Shown: positions 58,951 through 64,000 of the stretch, piece after piece | Numbering within the stretch: the stretch's first letter is position 1 | Layout: every line of letters starts with the position of its first letter | DNA from: Aulosira sp. ZfuVER01 | Lineage (GTDB): Bacteria; Cyanobacteriota; Cyanobacteriia; Cyanobacteriales; Nostocaceae | Direction of reading: 5' to 3' | Assembly: GCA_034530615.2 (NCBI GenBank) | Contig: JAVRCV020000026.1 | Coordinates: forward strand, 1 to 64,000 | DNA length: 64,000 nt | Position numbers and translations under genes: made by a program | Notes under the pieces: model-generated | What the model was told of the DNA's origin: nothing | Database searches by the model: none | Seen by the model: the letters and a program-made list of their open reading frames with translations, nothing else

Positions 58951-59433
58951 TACCTACTTCCTTCATCTACAAAGCAGCGTTTTTGTTTTCTCTCACTCTT
59001 TTTCTAACTTACCCCTATAAAAATTGGGGAAATTTTCCAGATCTTTTCACATCTCTTCCCCCAAAATATTTAAAACTATTTATTTTTTTTGATGAAAAAC
59101 TATCCCTAACTTTCACGAAAACCTAGTTCAGGAGGGTACTTTTAGCCTTAATATTAATTTAGCTACGTTAGCAGCAAGTATGAATTTGTTAATAGATAAC
59201 ACTTTAAGATTTACGCATTTGTTTACTACGAACCTTTTGCTGATTTCGAGTAAACATCAAGTGCAGAATAGCAAAAATCACTACACAGTTCAACAAGGTT
59301 ACAAAGCTTACTTTCCAAACTTTCTTACCTCCTGGCTTCTGCCCTCTGCCTTCTGCCTTATATCCCCCCTAATTTACCTTGCTTTTTGTCCCTCCTTGAA
59401 CTAGGCAACGATGTTAACTAATGCCAAACAATC

Positions 59434-59727
59434 TTAATTGTCTAATGCGGCGTGTGTGTAGCAATTCTTAGGACAAATCCGCGCACAAGCTTCGCAACCA
59501 ATACAGTTTTCTGTATTAGCAACTACCATTACCTTGCGCTCGATTTCTTCATCATCTTCATCTTCAACAAATTCACCTTCTTCGTTGAGAGCTTTTAGAT
59601 CTAGCACATTATACCCGCATACTTTCATGCATCTGCCACAGCCGATACATTTATCTTTATCAATTGCTTGGGCAAATTTTGGTGTCCAAGTTTTACCTCC
59701 AAAGGTCAATCCTGTTAGTTGTGCCAT
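59434..59727 (-). CDS. fdxB: Ferredoxin III, nif-specific
   Basis: [11 protein letters not shown], acidic linker, [11 protein letters not shown]; adjacent to patB. Confidence 0.9.
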   Translation of the reverse strand: MAQLTGLTFGGKTWTPKFAQAIDKDKCIGCGRCMKVCGYNVLDLKALNEEGEFVEDEDDEEIERKVMVVANTENCIGCEACARICPKNCYTHAALDN

Positions 59728-60807
59728 GATAAATCCTCGGCAATTATGCCTAAAAATATGTTGGTGCTTTGATCGCTATCCTAACCTAATCTTAATAGTT
59801 TAATTGTGTTATTAAAGCATCATTTATCTATAATCAAAATTTTCTGACTTTTTACCAAATTTACTTGTTTATTTATTGACTCTATTAATTGAAAGCTTTT
59901 GCCAATAATTATTATAAAACCTTGTTCAAGTCATGCCCACTTAACATACTTTCCTGCTTTCTCTGCGATAATCAGACATTCTCTATATTTGAACAAACAA
60001 CTGCAACTGCTAGCAGTAAAAATCAATTGGATGAATAATACCTGAGTATAAGAATATGATTTTATACAATTAATCCCCTTGTAAAATCAATAGTTTTTTG
60101 CTTGTTGAGGAAGGCAGAGAGCAGATGGCAGAAGAAAAGATAGTTTTGAGCCAACTAAATGTATTCAAAGCAAAAAAAGATGTAACTTGAGACGCACAAT
60201 GCAAGAAATAGTATGTCCTTAATATCCTAAATTTATTTATAGGTATTCCTTCTTCCATCTGCTTCCTGCCTCCTGCCTTTATCTCTTGATACAAATGCAA
60301 AAAAAACAAATGTTATTTTTGCACATTACACCAAACTAATAAGACAGAATATGAGTGATTGAAAAACTGTAATACTTGTGGCAGAATATAAACTAATGTA
60401 AAATATTAAAAGTATTAATAAATAAGTTGAATACTATTAACTATAAGGGTTGGTGTTCGTCAAAAACACTTTGGCTAAGGTTTTAAGGTCTCCAAAAACT
60501 ATTCTTTGAATCTCTACAAATAAAATCGTTAAGAAACTCCTCCAGGCTCATTGTGAACAAACTTATGAATATGATTATGAAATGTATAGTTAATAAAGAA
60601 GTAATTATGAGGCTCAGGTGAACAGCCTTAAATAACTTCCTAGTGGATGTAATGTCCGAGTATGAATATGGTCAAATTCTCAAACAAGGAAAATTTTTCT
60701 TGTTAGCAAAATCAATTGGTAGCGAGTCGTAAATCTGATGAGAAAAGAGGACACATCCAGGGGAGACTTGAGCCAAACATCTCAACGAGTATAGTTGGAA
60801 GTGCATT

Positions 60808-62400
60808 ATGCCGTATACCATTCCTAACAACAGTTGCGTTGGATGTGACAATTGCCGTCCCCAATGTCCGACGGGTGCAATTAAAATCGACAACAACGAA
60901 TATTGGATCGATCCTTGTCTGTGTAACAATTGCGAAGGTTATTATCCCGAACCGCAATGTGTGATCGCCTGTCCCACAAATTCACCAATCCCGTGGCAAG
61001 CGAAAAAGGGGAGATGTAAAGTAGAACCGAGAGATGCTACCAGCCCAGATTTGTTTTCTAATGGAAAAAATAACCCATTTGCATCAGCCATTGTAATTTG
61101 GGAAGCTTGCAACGTCCTAGCACAGCGCACATCCCTCAATTGGGAAATCGATGAAGCTGGGTATTTATCCTATAGCCGACAAGTTAATCAGGGTAGAGGT
61201 GCGATCGCATTTCACATCCAAGATCCATTTAACGTCAGCACTCAGACAACAGATATCGCAGCAATTGAAGCGCTAGATATTCGAGCCGCTTGTATCCATT
61301 TAATTTTTGCAGCTTATGCAACTGCTTTAGACCAAGCTTGGGAGCAAGAATTCTCCATTGATGAACGCCAACTAGAAAAATATTTAGGGTTAGAAAAACG
61401 CAAAGACCTGAGCAAGAATGCCAAACTAACTTTAATGAAAAATATTGTGCAACAAGCTTGCTCATTGATAATTTCTATTGATTGGCCGCAACAAGGCCGA
61501 GTCAAAGGATTCTCAATTGCAGGAACGCGCTTGTGGCACCTAGTAGACATCGAGCATTACTTTCAAGAAGACGACCTCGGATGCAAATATTTAGTTGGGC
61601 TAACTTTTAAAATTAAAGCCGGAATTTGGGCGCAGCATTTCTTAAATAAACAAGCGTGTAAAGAACGCAGCGCATTCTATCAATATGGCATTCTCCCGAA
61701 GACACTGTTAACTACTATTATGAGTATTTGGCAGCAACATGAAGGCGCAGCAAGGCTCATGCTGTGGTTGCTGTTTAAAACTAAAATGGGCAGAGAGCAA
61801 CGCATAACAGTTCCTACCTTATTGCGTGTTGCTTACGGTGAAGAAAAAGTCACCTTAGCTTCTAGACAAAGAGAAGAACGCAAACGCCTATTGCGGACTT
61901 TTGAAAGCGATCTAGAAATACTGAATCATTATGGAATTAAACCTATATTTGACCCAGTTACTTATCCTGTAGAAATTCAACCATTGTGGGCAAAGTTAAT
62001 CGATTTGCCAGAAGATCCAGAAGCAGCCTTAGAATTTTGGATGAATGACGGCGGCGGCGAAACTCGCCTCACAGACACAGGCCCCCGTGGTAAATGGAAT
62101 TTGCTGATGAATGCGCGAATTTTATCCTTTAATTTGCCAACAGAATGGGAACACCAAAACTCAGACTCAGACAAAAAGCCACGGCGTAGCGTTAACCGCA
62201 ATCGCAGAAAGCCCAAAACCACAGGCGATTTGCTTGGCGAACAGATTTTACAAGCGCGAAAAAATCTCAACCTTTCTCAGAGAGAGTTAGCAAAGTTGAC
62301 AGGTAAAAGCCAAAGCTGGATACGCGATATCGAAAATGGGCGGTTAAAAGCCAAGTTAGAAGACCAAGCGCTATTACGGAAAGTACTGAATATGGCTTAA
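60808..62400 (+). CDS. patB: PatB/CnfR nif transcriptional activator (N-terminal 4Fe-4S, C-terminal HTH)
   Basis: MPYTI..CVGCDNCRPQCPTGAI ferredoxin domain; SQRELAKLTGKSQSWIRDIENGR HTH. Confidence 0.93.
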   Translation: MPYTIPNNSCVGCDNCRPQCPTGAIKIDNNEYWIDPCLCNNCEGYYPEPQCVIACPTNSPIPWQAKKGRCKVEPRDATSPDLFSNGKNNPFASAIVIWEACNVLAQRTSLNWEIDEAGYLSYSRQVNQGRGAIAFHIQDPFNVSTQTTDIAAIEALDIRAACIHLIFAAYATALDQAWEQEFSIDERQLEKYLGLEKRKDLSKNAKLTLMKNIVQQACSLIISIDWPQQGRVKGFSIAGTRLWHLVDIEHYFQEDDLGCKYLVGLTFKIKAGIWAQHFLNKQACKERSAFYQYGILPKTLLTTIMSIWQQHEGAARLMLWLLFKTKMGREQRITVPTLLRVAYGEEKVTLASRQREERKRLLRTFESDLEILNHYGIKPIFDPVTYPVEIQPLWAKLIDLPEDPEAALEFWMNDGGGETRLTDTGPRGKWNLLMNARILSFNLPTEWEHQNSDSDKKPRRSVNRNRRKPKTTGDLLGEQILQARKNLNLSQRELAKLTGKSQSWIRDIENGRLKAKLEDQALLRKVLNMA

Positions 62401-62423
62401 TGGATTAGTGCAATCTTGCTGAT

Positions 62424-62549
62424 ATGGCATAACATCGCGCCGTTATATTAATGCATCGCTCTGCAATGGCATAACATCGCGCCGTTATATTAATGCATCG
62501 CTCTGCAATGGCATAACATCGCGCTGTTATATTAATGTGTCGGTCTGCA
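62424..62549. repeat. 42-bp tandem repeat, 3 copies, each made of two related 21-mers
   Basis: ATGGCATAACATCGCGCCGTTATATTAATGCATCGCTCTGCA at 62424 and 62466, variant copy at 62508. Confidence 0.9.
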
Positions 62550-62898
62550 ATGCGATTGTATTGGGTGACGATTCAATTGCAGCCGGATACAATGCGATCG
62601 CATCGCTCTGCAAAAATTAGACAGACAGTTTTTTCAACGGGAAATACCTCTACATAAGTGTTCTCCTCTGCGGGAAACAAAAATTATCAATACAACTAAT
62701 TGACTTATCTGAAAATATTGATAACAGTGGCACGGTATTTTGCTATGGATTCAGCAGCAAATATCTATAAAAATTCGCTGCACAAAATTTTTATGCTCCA
62801 AGAATTTAATGAAATAAATTGGAGATTGCATCCATAACAAGAAGTTTTGCTTCAAGAGTATCGAGATAAATGGAAAAAGATTGTGTAGGAAGTTAATC

Positions 62899-63831
62899 AT
62901 GGATAGGTATGGCAATTACACCTACTATATACGTTGTAATAACCTAGACTTAATCGAAAATGTTCTAAACAGCATTTTCGAGCAAGAAAGCTGTCGTCGC
63001 ATTGCTCTGCCAAACCTTTCTGTAGATATTGAAGAACTGCATCGCAACCAATGGCTATTATGTAACGAATTGTGGGTGATTGGGCTGTTTGTTGGTTCAT
63101 TTGGATGGACGATTATCAAGATATTACCGAATGAACTACTATGCTGTCGAGCTAGAGGTGTCAACCGTCCTCGACTATCGGTGCTAGCAATGCATATTGG
63201 CAGCGATGCTTTTTATGTAGGCACCAACGAAGTTGAGAATATTCTGATGGAAACAGATGCAAAAGGTAATATCTTTATCTCTGGTTCAATGGATGCTCCA
63301 GAAGACGATAAATTTTTTGAGGAGCAGATTAATTTTGTACCTCGTATCCCATCAATAGAAGAGATGAAGCTGATTCGTTTACAAGGGTATAAACGGTTTT
63401 TTCTGTTAAATGTTCCAGAGGAAATGCACCAAGCAGAATCAAAACTAGAAAAGGAGCAAAGTCAAATATTTAAAAAGAGAGAGGAACAGTTTTTAGACGA
63501 TTATGCCAAACGGCATTTTCCTTTAATGTCACCCGATGAGTTAGAACAGTGGAAAGTAAAGTTTAGGGAAAACAAAAATCAGGTATTCAAAGAAAAAGGT
63601 GGGAATAAATTATTTCGAGCTTGGTATTCTGAATTGCAGGATTTGTGCGAGATGCCTAGTGATTTTCAAATATTCGAGGTAGCTATAGGGCGATTGTTAG
63701 GCGGAACACCTAACTACTGGCATTTAGGCAGAGAACCTTTAGTTTACCGTGCTTACACCCAGCAACAGCAGCTAGAAGCAGATGGAGCGCGATTACTATA
63801 CTTTCAGCCTGCAAGGTCGGCTCAAACATGA
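62899..63831 (+). CDS. Hypothetical protein
   Basis: About 310-aa ORF, AGGA upstream of ATG 62899; no motif recognised. Confidence 0.7.
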   Translation: MDRYGNYTYYIRCNNLDLIENVLNSIFEQESCRRIALPNLSVDIEELHRNQWLLCNELWVIGLFVGSFGWTIIKILPNELLCCRARGVNRPRLSVLAMHIGSDAFYVGTNEVENILMETDAKGNIFISGSMDAPEDDKFFEEQINFVPRIPSIEEMKLIRLQGYKRFFLLNVPEEMHQAESKLEKEQSQIFKKREEQFLDDYAKRHFPLMSPDELEQWKVKFRENKNQVFKEKGGNKLFRAWYSELQDLCEMPSDFQIFEVAIGRLLGGTPNYWHLGREPLVYRAYTQQQQLEADGARLLYFQPARSAQT

Positions 63832-63951
63832 GACGAAAATTATCAATGTAACAAATTGATTTTGTAAAACTATTTGTAATTTTGGTTATGAAGTGAGATC
63901 GCCTTTGTGCTAACTAAGTGCCACAATTAGTACAGATTGAAAAGTACCAAT

Positions 63952-64000
63952 ATGCCTGAAAAGCCTACTGAAATTCCGGTAAGCGTAATCATTCCTATAT
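63952..64000 (+). CDS. Start of a probable family 2 glycosyltransferase (cut by the window edge)
   Basis: MPEKPTEIPVSVIIPI. Confidence 0.55.
   Translation, partial: MPEKPTEIPVSVIIPI

Larger units (their letters stand above)
433..62601. repeat. HIP1 octamer GCGATCGC dispersed across the window (roughly 50+ copies by eye)
   Basis: Examples near 433, 2913, 12418, 27517, 34749, 47169, 61201; typical of cyanobacteria. Confidence 0.95.

Noticed and set aside
58670..59126. ORFs with GHGAWGM or DKGDKG repeats
   Set aside because: Translations of STRR arrays
59180..60964. Short ORFs around fdxB and the patB promoter (59180..59404, 60070..60309, 60672..60964)
   Set aside because: No motifs; built from AT-rich or repeat sequence, or overlapping patB

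Overview
Chromosomal segment of a heterocyst-forming (Nostocales-type) cyanobacterium, judged from dense HIP1 GCGATCGC octamers, STRR heptamer arrays and a patB/cnfR-fdxB-coxB2A2C2 block. Left: trmFO, an M23 peptidase and tRNA-Arg(CCG). About 6-36 kb: a nucleobase/nucleoside scavenging region with xanthine-dehydrogenase-family genes, ureidoglycolate lyase, a BMP-type and an NMT1/THI5-type ABC transporter, an FAD oxidoreductase and a URC1-URC4-upp uracil-catabolism operon behind an exact NtcA class II promoter. Accessory modules interrupt this region: a zeta-like kinase pair, a 7TM-HD phosphohydrolase, a DUF5674-like pair and a split NACHT/WD40 locus. About 40-45 kb: a divergent type IA topoisomerase / RecD2 pair sharing a LexA-like box. 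The most notable locus is 46.4-52.6 kb. Two divergent caspase-like + FGE/CLec genes flank a Pepco-like gene; their 3' ends look like DGR variable regions and share a downstream cis element, with no RT or TR in the window. Downstream of the left-hand gene is a zinc-dependent deaminase toxin-like frame that the ORF track missed, coupled to an Imm1-like immunity gene. Right: nif-associated genes, the cox2 operon, fdxB and patB. All family calls come from motif recognition by eye; no database searches were run.
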